NCBI RefSeq assembly: GCF_011059135.1
Contig: NZ_JAALGD010000020.1
Location: 1 to 64,000, forward strand
Origin: Brevibacillus sp. SYP-B805
GTDB taxonomy: Bacteria; Bacillota; Bacilli; Brevibacillales; Brevibacillaceae
Direction: 5' to 3'
DNA: 64,000 nucleotides
Shown here: piece after piece, positions 54,064-63,893 of the stretch
How the letters are laid out: every line of letters begins with the position of its first letter
Position numbering within the stretch: the first letter of the stretch is position 1
The notes under the pieces: model-generated
Seen by the model: the letters and a program-made list of their open reading frames with translations, nothing else
What the model was told of the DNA's origin: nothing
Database searches by the model: none
Translations under genes and position numbers: made by a program

Positions 54064-54286
54064 GGATTCCCCTCCTCTGCAGTGGTGATGTTTCGGGCTG
54101 TAGCCGGGTCATCTTATTTTGGGGGAAAAGGGGCAAGGTTATGCGCCTGCCTGGGCGAACGCGGATTTTGCTTCAGCCTACGGGCATCTGTCCAAACACA
54201 ACAACTGCCCTCGACATATACCTATAACTGTAATCGCATGTAGGCGAATGGCGGTTCCAACATCCAGAGAACAGGAGGGTCAGACG

Positions 54287-54385
54287 ATGGGGAGATTCAT
54301 AGACAATGACGGATTTGAGCTTGTCATCTGGATTCTGCTGATTATCTTTCTCATCTCCATTTTCTTTGACGAAGGGATCGATTAA
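54287..54385 (+). CDS. Small hydrophobic peptide (32 aa; MGRFIDNDGFELVIWILLIIFLISIFFDEGID).
   Basis: AGGAGGG RBS 7 nt upstream. It has a single TM helix. It is a possible YjcZ-like or other small sporulation peptide. Confidence 0.35.
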   Translation: MGRFIDNDGFELVIWILLIIFLISIFFDEGID

Positions 54386-54387
54386 CG

Positions 54388-54600
54388 ATGAAGCCAATAC
54401 GGCAGTTGAACCGTTATTATAAAGAGAATCCCGGTTTTCAGCAGTGGATTCAGGCCAACGAGCGATGGCTGCGGGAAAATCCGCGGGTGTTCCGTCAGCT
54501 GCTGCGGAACCCCAACATGCTGAACCTGTTTATGGACCTGATGGTGCTGAACTCATCCAAGATCGAACGCAAATTGAAGCGGTGGGAAAGGAAGAAATGA
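54388..54600 (+). CDS. Hypothetical basic small protein (70 aa).
   Basis: ORF immediately after the small peptide gene. No family recognised. Confidence 0.3.
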   Translation: MKPIRQLNRYYKENPGFQQWIQANERWLRENPRVFRQLLRNPNMLNLFMDLMVLNSSKIERKLKRWERKK

Positions 54601-54753
54601 GAGAGCGGCATGCGGCGTCGGGCATGCCGCTTTTTCTGCGGCCTTTCCCCTTTGGTTGAGGCGTGCCGCCGTTTTGGGGCCGACCATCGACATCATATTT
54701 TGCGGACAAGTAGCGTAGGGATAAGCATACACGGTCACAAGGGGTGTAATGCG

Positions 54754-55065
54754 ATGGCACAGGTTATCCTGACGCTGTTTGTCGCCTACGGCATCGTTGT
54801 CGGCGGAGCCGTTACGGGTGGGATCGGTGCAATGTTGACGGAGAAACCGCCTCTCTTGTATATGGCCGATCTGGCCGATCAATTGAAAATCTGGGGGCTT
54901 GTCGGCGCGCTGGGAGGCACGTTTGATTCCTTTATGCAGATCGAGAAGCTGTTCGTCGGCAATTTCTCCCCGGTGGCGAAGCAGCTAATCATGATTTTTG
55001 CGGCGTTTGCGGGCGCCCATGCCGGTTCCATGTCGGTTCATTGGCTGGTGCAGGTGCGTCCATGA
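54754..55065 (+). CDS. ytrH: Sporulation membrane protein YtrH.
   Basis: MAQVILTLFVAYGIVVGGAVTGGIGAMLTEKPP...IWGLVGALGGTFDSF. It is followed by ytrI. Confidence 0.7.
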   Translation: MAQVILTLFVAYGIVVGGAVTGGIGAMLTEKPPLLYMADLADQLKIWGLVGALGGTFDSFMQIEKLFVGNFSPVAKQLIMIFAAFAGAHAGSMSVHWLVQVRP

Positions 55066-55568
55066 CCGGCGGGGCGGAGAAGCGGAGGCGGCGGGAGCGT
55101 TACCTCGCCATCTTCCTGCTCGGGATCGTGGCTGGCGGAAGCGGCGCGCTGCTGTATATGGGGCACGGGATGGAAGACCTGATCCTGCAGAATCGCAATC
55201 TGAAGCTGCTCTATGAAGAAAAAAGGGAAGAAGTGGAGGAACTGAAGCAATCGCAGCGGGTGGCCCGCAAGAAGCAGGAAACGGTGGTGGAGGAGATTCG
55301 CGTGACGGTGATGGAACCGCGGCCGCACGGCTATGAGTATATCGAAACGCAGGTGATCCACTATATTGAAAAGGATTTGGCCCCCTTGAAAGGAAAGCGG
55401 ACGGAGCAGGTGGCGGAGATGCATGAAATTCTGCACGAATTGCTGCTCAGGCGCGAGTATGTGATGGAAGACAAAATGGTGGAGGTGCGCCTGAAAACCG
55501 TCCACATCTCCCGCATCCTGCATGTCTTTGTCACGGTGCAGGTAAAACCGCTCGAAACCGGAACTTGA
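55062..55568 (+). CDS. ytrI: Sporulation membrane protein YtrI.
   Basis: An N-terminal TM helix, then a coiled-coil region (ILQNRNLKLLYEEKREEVEELKQ). Its start overlaps the ytrH stop. Confidence 0.6.
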   Translation: MTGGAEKRRRRERYLAIFLLGIVAGGSGALLYMGHGMEDLILQNRNLKLLYEEKREEVEELKQSQRVARKKQETVVEEIRVTVMEPRPHGYEYIETQVIHYIEKDLAPLKGKRTEQVAEMHEILHELLLRREYVMEDKMVEVRLKTVHISRILHVFVTVQVKPLETGT

Positions 55569-55633
55569 TGAAACGCATGCGCCGTTTTTGCGTATATCCA
55601 GATGTACGCAAGAAAGAGGAGGTTGTCACAACC

Positions 55634-56410
55634 ATGTCCATGTTCAAAAAACTGCTCGCCAGCGTCGGGATCGGTTCGGCCCAGGTGGACGCCAGATTGG
55701 ACAAGGATTCCCTGATTCCCGGCGAGATCGTGCGGGGGGAGGTTCATCTGACGGGAGGGGACGTCAGCCAGGTGATCGATGAGATCTATATGTATGTGAT
55801 CACCCATTATGAGCGGGAAGTGAACGATGCCAAGGTAAAGGAAGAATGCATCCTCTTAAAGCATCGGCTCACCGAGCGCTTCACCCTGCAGCCGAATGAA
55901 CAGAAGGTGGTTCCGTTCGCGTTCCGTCTGCCGTATGAAACACCCCTGACCATGGGCCGCCAGCCGGTCTATCTGCGCACGGGGGCGGACATTAAAAATG
56001 CCATTGATCCCGGCGATTCGGACTTTATCGAGGTGCTGCCGCACCCGTTGATGGCGAAAGCGCTGGACGCGGTAAAGGAGCTTGGCTTCCAGCTTTATAA
56101 AGTGGACTGCGAGTTTAACCGCCATCTGGGGCGCACGTATCCGTTCGTGCAGGAGTTTGAATTCCGGCCGACCGGGCAGTACCGCAGCCGCCTGGAGGAG
56201 CTGGAAGTGATCTTTGATCTGCGCGAAGACGAGTGCGAAGTGCTGCTGCAGGTTGACAAGCGGGCGCGCGGCTTTCTGGGGGCGCTGGAGGAAGCGTTCG
56301 ATCTGGATGAACGATACACCCGCTTCCGGCTCGCCGCTGCCGATCTGAACCGGCCGACGGCAGAGATCGCCGGGTGGATCGATGAGTTGATCCGCCGCGC
56401 GATTCGCTGA
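55634..56410 (+). CDS. spo0M: Sporulation-control protein Spo0M.
   Basis: MSMFKKLLASVGIGSAQVDARLDKDSLIPGEIVRGEVHLTGG closely matches the Spo0M N-terminus. AGAGGAGG RBS. Confidence 0.85.
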   Translation: MSMFKKLLASVGIGSAQVDARLDKDSLIPGEIVRGEVHLTGGDVSQVIDEIYMYVITHYEREVNDAKVKEECILLKHRLTERFTLQPNEQKVVPFAFRLPYETPLTMGRQPVYLRTGADIKNAIDPGDSDFIEVLPHPLMAKALDAVKELGFQLYKVDCEFNRHLGRTYPFVQEFEFRPTGQYRSRLEELEVIFDLREDECEVLLQVDKRARGFLGALEEAFDLDERYTRFRLAAADLNRPTAEIAGWIDELIRRAIR

Positions 56411-56554
56411 CCCCATGCGCAACCGTTAAATCACACATCACCCGGCAATCGTTTTGATTGCGTGGGTGATTTTTTTATGGGCACGCAGGTATGAAGCCAT
56501 ATTTTTCTGACAATACTGGGGGCTAGACAAATATTTGAGGGAGGAAATTTCTTC

Positions 56555-57331
56555 ATGAATTTGCTGGAAAAAACCAGAAAAATCAATGTGATGCTGCAAA
56601 AAACCATGGGGGGAAGCGGTGTAACCTATCCGGATCTTGCCAAGCTGCTTTCCGAAGTCATCAACGCCAACGTGTATATCATCACGGCGGACGGGAATCT
56701 GTTGGGAAGCGGGTTTTCCCAGGAATTTACCCTGCAGGAGGAAGGGCGCTTTGCCAGCCTGCTGCCGGAAGGGTATCATGAACGGCTGCTGCAGGTCGGG
56801 CAATCGCTGGCCAATGAAGGGGTGATGAGTCCGTACAGCATGGTGCCGAAAGAGTGGGTCAACCTCTTTCCGCAGATGGTGACCACCATCGTGCCGATCA
56901 ATGCCGGCGGCAGCCGCCTCGGCACACTCATCCTGCTCCGTGCCTACGGACACTTTGAGACGGAGGATCTGATCCTGGCCGAAATCGGGGCGACCGTGAT
57001 CGGGATGAAGATCGTCCGCCATCGTACGGATCAGATCGAGAACGAGGTGCGGGACAAGACATTTGCCAAGATCGCCCTCTCGTCGCTCTCCTATAGCGAG
57101 CAGATTGCGATTGAAAAGATCATGGAGCAGCTGGATGCCAAGGAAGGGCTGCTGGTGGCAAGCCAGCTGGCCGATCAGGCGGGTCTCACACGCTCCGTCA
57201 TCGTCAACGCCCTGCGCAAACTGGCCAGCGCCGGCGTGCTGGAATCCCGTTCGCTCGGGATGAAAGGCACCTACATCCGCGTGCTGAATGACAAGTTCCA
57301 GTCGGAATTGCAAAAACTGAAATCATCCTGA
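56555..57331 (+). CDS. codY: GTP-sensing pleiotropic repressor CodY homologue.
   Basis: LLEKTRKINVMLQ..., GAF-like domain, ...SSLSYSEQIAIEKIMEQLDAKEGLLVASQLADQAGLTRSVIVNALRKLASAGVLESRSLGMKGTYIRVLN is the CodY wHTH, near-identical to B. subtilis CodY. Confidence 0.85.
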   Translation: MNLLEKTRKINVMLQKTMGGSGVTYPDLAKLLSEVINANVYIITADGNLLGSGFSQEFTLQEEGRFASLLPEGYHERLLQVGQSLANEGVMSPYSMVPKEWVNLFPQMVTTIVPINAGGSRLGTLILLRAYGHFETEDLILAEIGATVIGMKIVRHRTDQIENEVRDKTFAKIALSSLSYSEQIAIEKIMEQLDAKEGLLVASQLADQAGLTRSVIVNALRKLASAGVLESRSLGMKGTYIRVLNDKFQSELQKLKSS

Positions 57332-57451
57332 GAAGGAAGGAGCCGATCCCTGCCATGCTTGGGCAGGGATTGGTTTTTTCATCCTGTCCCTGTCACAAAA
57401 GCGCGTACCTGATCGTCATGTGATTGAACATGATGAGAGGGAGTGGTGTTT

Positions 57452-58747
57452 ATGAAATGGGACGTGACTGTCATTGGCGGAGGCTTGGCTGGATTGGTTT
57501 CGGCCGTTTGGCTTGCACGGGCGGGCCAAAGCGTGCTGCTGGTCGAGCGCTCCAATCAATTGGGCGGTCGTGCGGCGACGGAGGAACAAGCCGGATGTTT
57601 CTTTAACCGAGGAGCGCACGCTTTGTACAACAAGGGAGCGGGGCGCAAGATTCTTGAAGAACTGGGCGTTGTGATCGATGGTGGAGCGGCAGGCACCAGG
57701 CTGCAGTTCATGCATGAGGGGAATCTTGAAGTGTTTCCGGGCTCGCCGTTGGCTTTCCTGACATCCAGGTTTTTCTCCTGGAAAGAGAAAAAGGCGTTTG
57801 TCCGTCTGATGATGCAGATCTCCAACCTCAAAGCCGATGAAAGCAACCATCTGAGTCTGGCCGATTGGGCGTGCGAAAATGTTGAAAATGAAAAGGTGAG
57901 AAAGGTGTTTCTCGCCCTCTGTCGGCTGGCAACGTATTGCAGCCAATTGGATATCGCGAGTGCCGGGGCAGTTATCCGGCAATTTCGGCGATCGTTGGGT
58001 GGCGTCACGTATCTGCACGGCGGATGGCAATCCTTGATTGACCAGTTGAGAGTCAAAGCTGTAGAGGCCGGCGTAACCATACGGGTAAATCACAGTGTGG
58101 TGGAGATCAGCGGAACTTATCCTGACATGGTGGTGGCCTTTGCCAATCAACAGGCGGTCACGACCCGCCATGTGATTTCCACAGCTGATCCAAAGAGTAC
58201 CTGCAGGTTGGTGAAACATGCAGCCGGAACACAGCTCGCAGCACTGGCGGATGCGTTGGTCCCGGTCAAGGCCGCTTGTCTCGATCTTGCGTTGAAGCGC
58301 TTGCCTGAACCCGCATGTGTGTTTGTGCTTGATCTGGATCGGCCGTATTACTATTCCAACCACTCCAGCGCCGCCAGGCTGACCCGTGATCCAGCACATG
58401 CCGTGATTCATCTGGTGAAGTACCTTGATGCGGAAAGTGAACATGAGCCGGTAAAAAACAGAGCCGAACTGGAAGCGTTTCTTACAGCCATCCAGCCTGG
58501 CTGGCAGAAGGAGGTTATCGGACAGCAATACCTGCCTGCGATGACCGTTTCCCATGGAATCGTCACTGCCAGGAAGCTGCCATGGGGAAACAAAGGATCG
58601 GCTGTCGCTGACATTCCCGGATTGTATGTGGCGGGTGATTGGCTGACCTATGACGGCATGCTGGCAGACGCTTCTCTCTCCAGCGCGAAAGCAGCGGCGC
58701 TGTCCATCATGGAAAAAGAAAGCGGGAAGGAAGCGGTGCTGACGTAG
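57452..58747 (+). CDS. FAD-dependent oxidoreductase (amine-oxidase/phytoene-desaturase-like).
   Basis: MKWDVTVIGGGLAGLVSAVWLARAGQSVLLVERSNQLGGRA is a Rossmann dinucleotide motif. Confidence 0.75.
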   Translation: MKWDVTVIGGGLAGLVSAVWLARAGQSVLLVERSNQLGGRAATEEQAGCFFNRGAHALYNKGAGRKILEELGVVIDGGAAGTRLQFMHEGNLEVFPGSPLAFLTSRFFSWKEKKAFVRLMMQISNLKADESNHLSLADWACENVENEKVRKVFLALCRLATYCSQLDIASAGAVIRQFRRSLGGVTYLHGGWQSLIDQLRVKAVEAGVTIRVNHSVVEISGTYPDMVVAFANQQAVTTRHVISTADPKSTCRLVKHAAGTQLAALADALVPVKAACLDLALKRLPEPACVFVLDLDRPYYYSNHSSAARLTRDPAHAVIHLVKYLDAESEHEPVKNRAELEAFLTAIQPGWQKEVIGQQYLPAMTVSHGIVTARKLPWGNKGSAVADIPGLYVAGDWLTYDGMLADASLSSAKAAALSIMEKESGKEAVLT

Positions 58748-58804
58748 ATGCCAAAGGGATCATGCCTGTGCATGCAAAGGGCGCCGCTTTTCTTTCGCTG
58801 CCGT

Positions 58805-60100
58805 TCAGGAGGGGACGGGTTGATCGGACGCCTGATCTCTTGTTTGCCTAAGGGTTTTTTGCCACTCCGGATGTTCTTCCAGGCGGCGGAAATCACGGAA
58901 AAGAAGCAGGCTTAACCCGAGAAGCGCCATCGTCACCCCGCCCAACCCAAATATCTCTCGTTGGGAGAGGAGATGGTGATCCAGCAGATAGGAAGTTACC
59001 GCAAAACTGACCGGATTGAAACCCAGCGATACCAGCGTTAGGAGGGAGAAGACCCGTCCCAGCTTCCGGGGATCGACAATGGTTTGAATATAGGTATTCA
59101 TTGGGATATTGACCATGCTGATCGCGCTGCCGGCCAGCAGCATCGCAAAAAGACCAAACGGTAGCCCGGTCATGAAGGCAATCATGGCAACGGCCGTTCC
59201 CAGGCAGCAGATGAAGACGGCGACCAGGGGCAAATAACCGCGAAAGCCGTTCAGATAGCCGGTAATGGCGCTGCCGATGATGGCTCCAAACCCGAGCGCT
59301 CCCAGCATATAACCGAAGGCGCTGCCATTCCACCCCAACAGCTTGATCAGGGAAGGCAGCGCAATGTTGATGGGACCGGAAAACATCATGTTCACGAACA
59401 GGGCGGTGCACATCATCAATGTCAGCACGCGTATGCGGCATACATAACGGATGCCGTCTGCCAGTTCCGGAAAAAAGGATCTGCCGACAGAGGGAACCGC
59501 CGTTTGCGCCTGATTATGAGACAAGCGCATCGGAAGGATTGCCACCATGCTGAGGAAGAAGAGGGAGGCGATCACGGTGAATATGAGTGGATAGGAAGAG
59601 AGCCCTAGCAGCAGGGAGGCCGCCAGCGAACCCAGCACCGTGCTGATTTGCTGGGAGGATTCCATGAGGCTGTTGGCTCTGGGAAGCGCTTGTTTGTCCA
59701 CGATGAACGGCATGATCGAACTGCGGACCGGCCAGAAAAAGGCGTCCACCAAGCCAAATACTACCGCCACCAGATACAGAGTGGGAGACAGCCCCGTGAC
59801 GGCACCGCGGAGCATGAGACTGAAAATCAGGAGAACTGCGCCGCGCGCCAACAACGAGAGCGACATGATGGTTTTGCGGTTAAAGCGGTCTGCCGCGATG
59901 CCCCCGGCGAGCATAAACACCAATCGGGGGAGAGACATGGCCAACAGGGCGCCTCCAATCGCTCCTTCCGAACCTGTAACCTCGATCACGTACCAGGGAA
60001 GCAGGATGTAAAAGGCATTATCCCCTAAGGTGGACAGCACCGTTCCGAACCACAGCCGCACAAAGTTGACATTGCGCCAAACGGACGGATGAGCGGCCAA
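58805..60100 (-). CDS. MFS transporter (431 aa).
   Basis: 12 predicted TM segments. MFS motif around GGIAADRFNRK. Confidence 0.75.
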   Translation of the reverse strand: MAAHPSVWRNVNFVRLWFGTVLSTLGDNAFYILLPWYVIEVTGSEGAIGGALLAMSLPRLVFMLAGGIAADRFNRKTIMSLSLLARGAVLLIFSLMLRGAVTGLSPTLYLVAVVFGLVDAFFWPVRSSIMPFIVDKQALPRANSLMESSQQISTVLGSLAASLLLGLSSYPLIFTVIASLFFLSMVAILPMRLSHNQAQTAVPSVGRSFFPELADGIRYVCRIRVLTLMMCTALFVNMMFSGPINIALPSLIKLLGWNGSAFGYMLGALGFGAIIGSAITGYLNGFRGYLPLVAVFICCLGTAVAMIAFMTGLPFGLFAMLLAGSAISMVNIPMNTYIQTIVDPRKLGRVFSLLTLVSLGFNPVSFAVTSYLLDHHLLSQREIFGLGGVTMALLGLSLLLFRDFRRLEEHPEWQKTLRQTRDQASDQPVPS

Positions 60101-60290
60101 CTGTATCCCTCCTTTTTTCCAAAAATCGAAGAAATTATAGCATTATTTGGGAACTATCGGCAATGCAACATCAAAATGGATAACGGGAAGCAGCACTCCT
60201 GCAGCCGAAAACGGCTCCAGTGTTTTTCGTTAAGAAGCGTCCTTGAACAGAAAAAGCCGCCAAAGCGGCTTTTTCTGTTCCCGACGTATA

Positions 60291-60557
60291 TCATTTGCTT
60301 TGGAGCTCCGCCAAAAAGTCGGCCAGTTGGTCCCAGGTTTCGGTTATGCCCTGAATTACGCCCATATCCAGCACAGACTTGAGCGCTTCTTCCATCGCGT
60401 ATTGCGTACGGCTGATCAACTTAGTCTTGCCGTCATGTTCGACGAATTCCAATGTTACCCGTGCCTCCGGCATGTTCTCGTTGACGTTGCCTTCCGCATC
60501 GAGAAGAGCAAGAAACGAACAGAGATCGAGCGGCAGCTCTGGTTTCAGGATCTGCAA
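60291..60557 (-). pseudogene. C-terminal fragment of an SRPBCC/AHSA1-like domain protein gene. It appears 5'-truncated.
   Basis: ...TLEFVEHDGKTKLISRTQYAMEEALKSVLDMGVIQGITETWDQLADFLAE resembles the C-terminal half of Aha1-like SRPBCC proteins. The N-terminal half is missing where the IS-like fragment begins. Confidence 0.4.
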
Positions 60558-60710
60558 CGCTATCGCGCGGCAGGTGAAGCAAAAATCAGTTTGCTTAAAC
60601 GCAAGTACGGCCTCGGTCGAAGCTGTTACCGGGGCCTTGCCGGCTCAACAACCTGGGTAGGCCTCGGAATCTGGATTCATAACCTCAGAAAAGCCGCCCA
60701 AATGTCCTAG
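60520..60710 (+). mobile_element. Remnant of an IS transposase gene (C-terminal end only).
   Basis: The translation ...LQRYRAAGEAKISLLKRKYGLGRSCYRGLAGSTTWVGLGIWIHNLRKAAQMS resembles the C-termini of IS5/IS1182-group DDE transposases. There is no catalytic domain and no inverted repeats. Confidence 0.4.
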
Positions 60711-60888
60711 TAAGAGCGAAAAGGCTACATCAGGATGGCCTCGACTCCCATCGATCACCTCCGAGTGGGATGACATTTTTCAGAATTGAATGTATCAGGA
60801 GTAACTAATTAATCAATATAAATATTGAATAAATTTAGAAAATAGCATATAGTACCAATTGAAGCGAGAAAAAGGAGGACAGATTGCC

Positions 60889-62127
60889 ATGCAGCAGATC
60901 TGGAAGCAGCCCGCCTTCCGCTGGTATTGGACGGGCCTTTTTCTCTCCGGACTGGGGGATCAGTTCGGGTGGCTGGCCTTGACCTGGTTTGTGATGAAGA
61001 AGACGGGGTCTTCCGTGGCGATGGGGGGCGTGGTGCTCACCTACTTCTGGTCGCAGGTGGCGGCGGGGCTTGTGGCCGGGGTGCTGCTTGACCGCTTCGA
61101 GCGCAGGAATCTGATCATCATGGATAATCTCCTGCGGGGAGCCATCTATCTGGGCTTGGTGGCCCTGCTGCAGGGAAACGGGCCGCTGTGGCCTGTTTTT
61201 CTGCTGATCGCCCTGGCCGGCATGCTGGCGCCCCTCAGCAATGCGGGATCGCAAGCGTTGCTGCCGCGGCTTGTGCCGGACAAGGAGATGCTGCTGAAAG
61301 CCAACAGCTTGATGGAAAGCCAATGGCAAATCGCCTACCTGCTTGGGCCGGCCCTGGCAGGTCTGCTCGTCTCCTGGTACGGGGAAGCGCAGGTGTTGAT
61401 CCTCGATGCCATCAGTTTTTTTGTCTGCGCGGCTTGTTTTTTCTTTATTCCGAAAGCGGCTGCCCAACCGGACCGGAATCCGGACGGGAGCAGGGAGGAG
61501 ACGGTGCCGCAGACTGCCGCCTTCTTTCAGGCCCTGCTGTCCGATCTGCGGACGGGCTACCGTTATCTCTTCGCCAGGCCGATCCTGTTATGGCTGATCT
61601 TTTTCGTTTTTTTGTTCAATATGGCGTACGGCCCGGTGGAAGTGGCGCTGCCGTTCTATGCCAGGGATGCGCTGCAGGGGGAAGCCGTATCGCTGGGCAT
61701 GCTATGGATGGCGCTGGCGGTCGGCTCCCTGTGCGGTTCGCTGCTGTTTTCCTTCCTGGAGTGGCGGATTCCCACAGGGTATACCTTGGCGGGGATTATC
61801 GTGCTCTGGGGAATCGCCACCCTGCCGCTGGGGTTGTGCAGCCGCCTGGATATCGCGCTCCTCTCCATGGCATTGGCCGGTCTGGCGTTTGCGCCGTTCG
61901 GAGTGCTGTACCGCACCTATTTGCAGCGGCAGGTGCCCGAAGAGCTTCTGGGGCGCGTCTTCACCTCGATCCGTACGATCACCGGCACAGGGATGCCGTT
62001 CGGTGCCTTTGTGTCCGGCCTGCTGATTCCGGAACTCGGGGTCAATCGGCTGCTGCTGTTGGGAGCGCTCGTATGCATGCTGGCAGGCGGTGTGGCTTTC
62101 CGGCAGCTCCGGGGAATCCGGCCTTGA
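60889..62127 (+). CDS. MFS transporter (~412 aa).
   Basis: MQQIWKQPAFRWYWTGLFLSGLGDQFGWLALTWFV. 12 TM segments. Confidence 0.75.
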   Translation: MQQIWKQPAFRWYWTGLFLSGLGDQFGWLALTWFVMKKTGSSVAMGGVVLTYFWSQVAAGLVAGVLLDRFERRNLIIMDNLLRGAIYLGLVALLQGNGPLWPVFLLIALAGMLAPLSNAGSQALLPRLVPDKEMLLKANSLMESQWQIAYLLGPALAGLLVSWYGEAQVLILDAISFFVCAACFFFIPKAAAQPDRNPDGSREETVPQTAAFFQALLSDLRTGYRYLFARPILLWLIFFVFLFNMAYGPVEVALPFYARDALQGEAVSLGMLWMALAVGSLCGSLLFSFLEWRIPTGYTLAGIIVLWGIATLPLGLCSRLDIALLSMALAGLAFAPFGVLYRTYLQRQVPEELLGRVFTSIRTITGTGMPFGAFVSGLLIPELGVNRLLLLGALVCMLAGGVAFRQLRGIRP

Positions 62128-62239
62128 TCGCCTGCGGTTGATGAGGGATGAATGACAGGTAATTCCCTGGGGAAAGTTGGTAAGCATCTGTATAACGTAC
62201 AGCCATCTGGTGAAGGATAGCCCTAGGGGGTGATCCAAC

Positions 62240-62455
62240 ATGCCGATTGTGAAATGCTCCGTCTCCAATTGTGAGTATTGGGCGGAAGGCAATGACTGCG
62301 TTGCCGACACGATCATGGTGGAGATCGACAAACACGCCAAGGCCAATTTCCGGACAGAATTTGCTGACGAATTCGCATATGACAGCGAACATCAGGATAC
62401 GGCCGCAACCTCTTCCAATACCTGTTGCCACACCTTCAAACCTAAGAAGAAATAG
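62240..62455 (+). CDS. DUF1540 domain protein (71 aa).
   Basis: VKCSVSNCEYWAEGNDCVADTIMV is the Cys-rich DUF1540 motif common in spore-formers. Confidence 0.65.
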   Translation: MPIVKCSVSNCEYWAEGNDCVADTIMVEIDKHAKANFRTEFADEFAYDSEHQDTAATSSNTCCHTFKPKKK

Positions 62456-62499
62456 GTCGGAAAAAAGACGTATCTCTGGAGGATACGTCTTTTTCCGCC

Positions 62500-63078
62500 T
62501 CATCGGAAGGCATGAATCGCCTCGTGCACTTCCTGCCAGGAATATATCCGACGGACAAGGGGCGGCAATGCGCCTTGGTTATAGGGGGTATCGAACAGAA
62601 AAACGGGTATCTGCAGTTCTGCCGACAGCTGCAGGGCATTTTCCAGCCGGTCCTCCAAAAAAAGGTCCACCCGCCATTTTTGGGCCGCCTGCAGCTTGTC
62701 GTGGGAGCCGATCAGATCGATTTCGTGGTACGGGATCCGGTTGCGCTTGAACCACTCCAGCGTGACGTTCAGATGCTTCTCCTCCCGGGCGCTGATGTAG
62801 ACCAAACGATGCTGCCCCTCCCGATGCCAGCAGCGGAGTATTTCGTCCGCATTGCCATGGACAGGCGCTTCCCGGTAGAGGCGGCTGCCGTATTCGTCCA
62901 GCCATGACAGGAATTGTTCGTCGCTGATGTTGTATACGCTCGCCAGATTGTAGTCCGTACAATCGGCGTAGGATAAATTCTTGCCAAACGCCTCGTTCAT
63001 CAGCGGCACGATACTGCCGGGATCGGTTACGGTCCCGTCAATATCAATGCCAATTGTTAGTGCCTTTCTCGGTCTCAT
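62500..63078 (-). CDS. HAD-superfamily 5'(3')-deoxyribonucleotidase (NT5C-like).
   Basis: IGIDIDGTVTD is the DxDGT HAD motif I. The overall NT5C-like length is 192 aa. Confidence 0.7.
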   Translation of the reverse strand: MRPRKALTIGIDIDGTVTDPGSIVPLMNEAFGKNLSYADCTDYNLASVYNISDEQFLSWLDEYGSRLYREAPVHGNADEILRCWHREGQHRLVYISAREEKHLNVTLEWFKRNRIPYHEIDLIGSHDKLQAAQKWRVDLFLEDRLENALQLSAELQIPVFLFDTPYNQGALPPLVRRIYSWQEVHEAIHAFR

Positions 63079-63172
63079 CCTCTCGCCTCCAGTTTAAATT
63101 GTACACCGAAAACAGAAAATAAGGCTACTTCCTTCAACACAATCCTTCTTGCGAAAAGGGGACTGAGCGAAC

Positions 63173-63775
63173 ATGACGTACGATCGGTCAGAACGGATGG
63201 ATGCTGGGCAGAAGGAAGTACAACCCGATCAAACCACCAATGGTGCCGTAAAGACGTTTGGCGGGGAAGCCGATACGGAATTTGACGCCGACTCACGGAC
63301 GACGGACGTCTTTCAACCCTTGACGTACCGGCGCTCCGGGGAAACGATCACGTACGACCCGCATACGCAGACAGAGAGATATCAAGGCGACGGGCGCCTC
63401 GATGGCGAATCGGTGGTTCCTCCCCTGCGAGGAACGGACGGCCGCAAACGGGCAGCCCGACGGACCATCATTGACGATGACGTCGAAACGGCTGCGGAGA
63501 TCACGCCAGACTGGCATACGCGGGTGGAGCCGCGCTCGCCGGTATCTGAACCGGCCCGGAAAGGCAACGCCGGCAGCGGAATGGGGTTCACGGGTATCGG
63601 CTTGTCCATTCTTTCCCTGTTTCTGCTTCCGTATTTGCTCGCGCCCATCGGCATTGTGCTGGGCTATCTGGCCTTTCGCCGCGGTGCCCGCACAACAGGC
63701 GTGTGGGCGATGGTGGTTGGCGCGGTCGCGATACTGGGAGCCATTTTGATCTATCCGTATTTTGTCGCCCGATAG
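63173..63775 (+). CDS. Hypothetical membrane protein (200 aa) with a disordered N-terminus and a C-terminal TM hairpin (DUF4190-like).
   Basis: GFTGIGLSILSLFLLPYLLAPIGIVLGYLAFRRGARTTGVWAMVVGAVAILGAILIY. Confidence 0.5.
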   Translation: MTYDRSERMDAGQKEVQPDQTTNGAVKTFGGEADTEFDADSRTTDVFQPLTYRRSGETITYDPHTQTERYQGDGRLDGESVVPPLRGTDGRKRAARRTIIDDDVETAAEITPDWHTRVEPRSPVSEPARKGNAGSGMGFTGIGLSILSLFLLPYLLAPIGIVLGYLAFRRGARTTGVWAMVVGAVAILGAILIYPYFVAR

Positions 63776-63820
63776 ACAAAAGACGGAAAACCTCTCCGGT
63801 GTGGAGAGGTTTTTTCCTTG

Positions 63821-63893
63821 GTAGATAGGCCCCCCGCCGACACCAGCGAGGGCCCCACTCGGCAAAGCGTTGGCTGGCGCCGGGTGGTTTTTA
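63821..63893. repeat. GC-rich palindromic repeat (R9). It is truncated at the right-arm position and ends in a T-run.
   Basis: ggccccccgccgacaccagcgagggccccactcggcaaagcgttggctggcgccgggtggtttttat. Confidence 0.55.
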
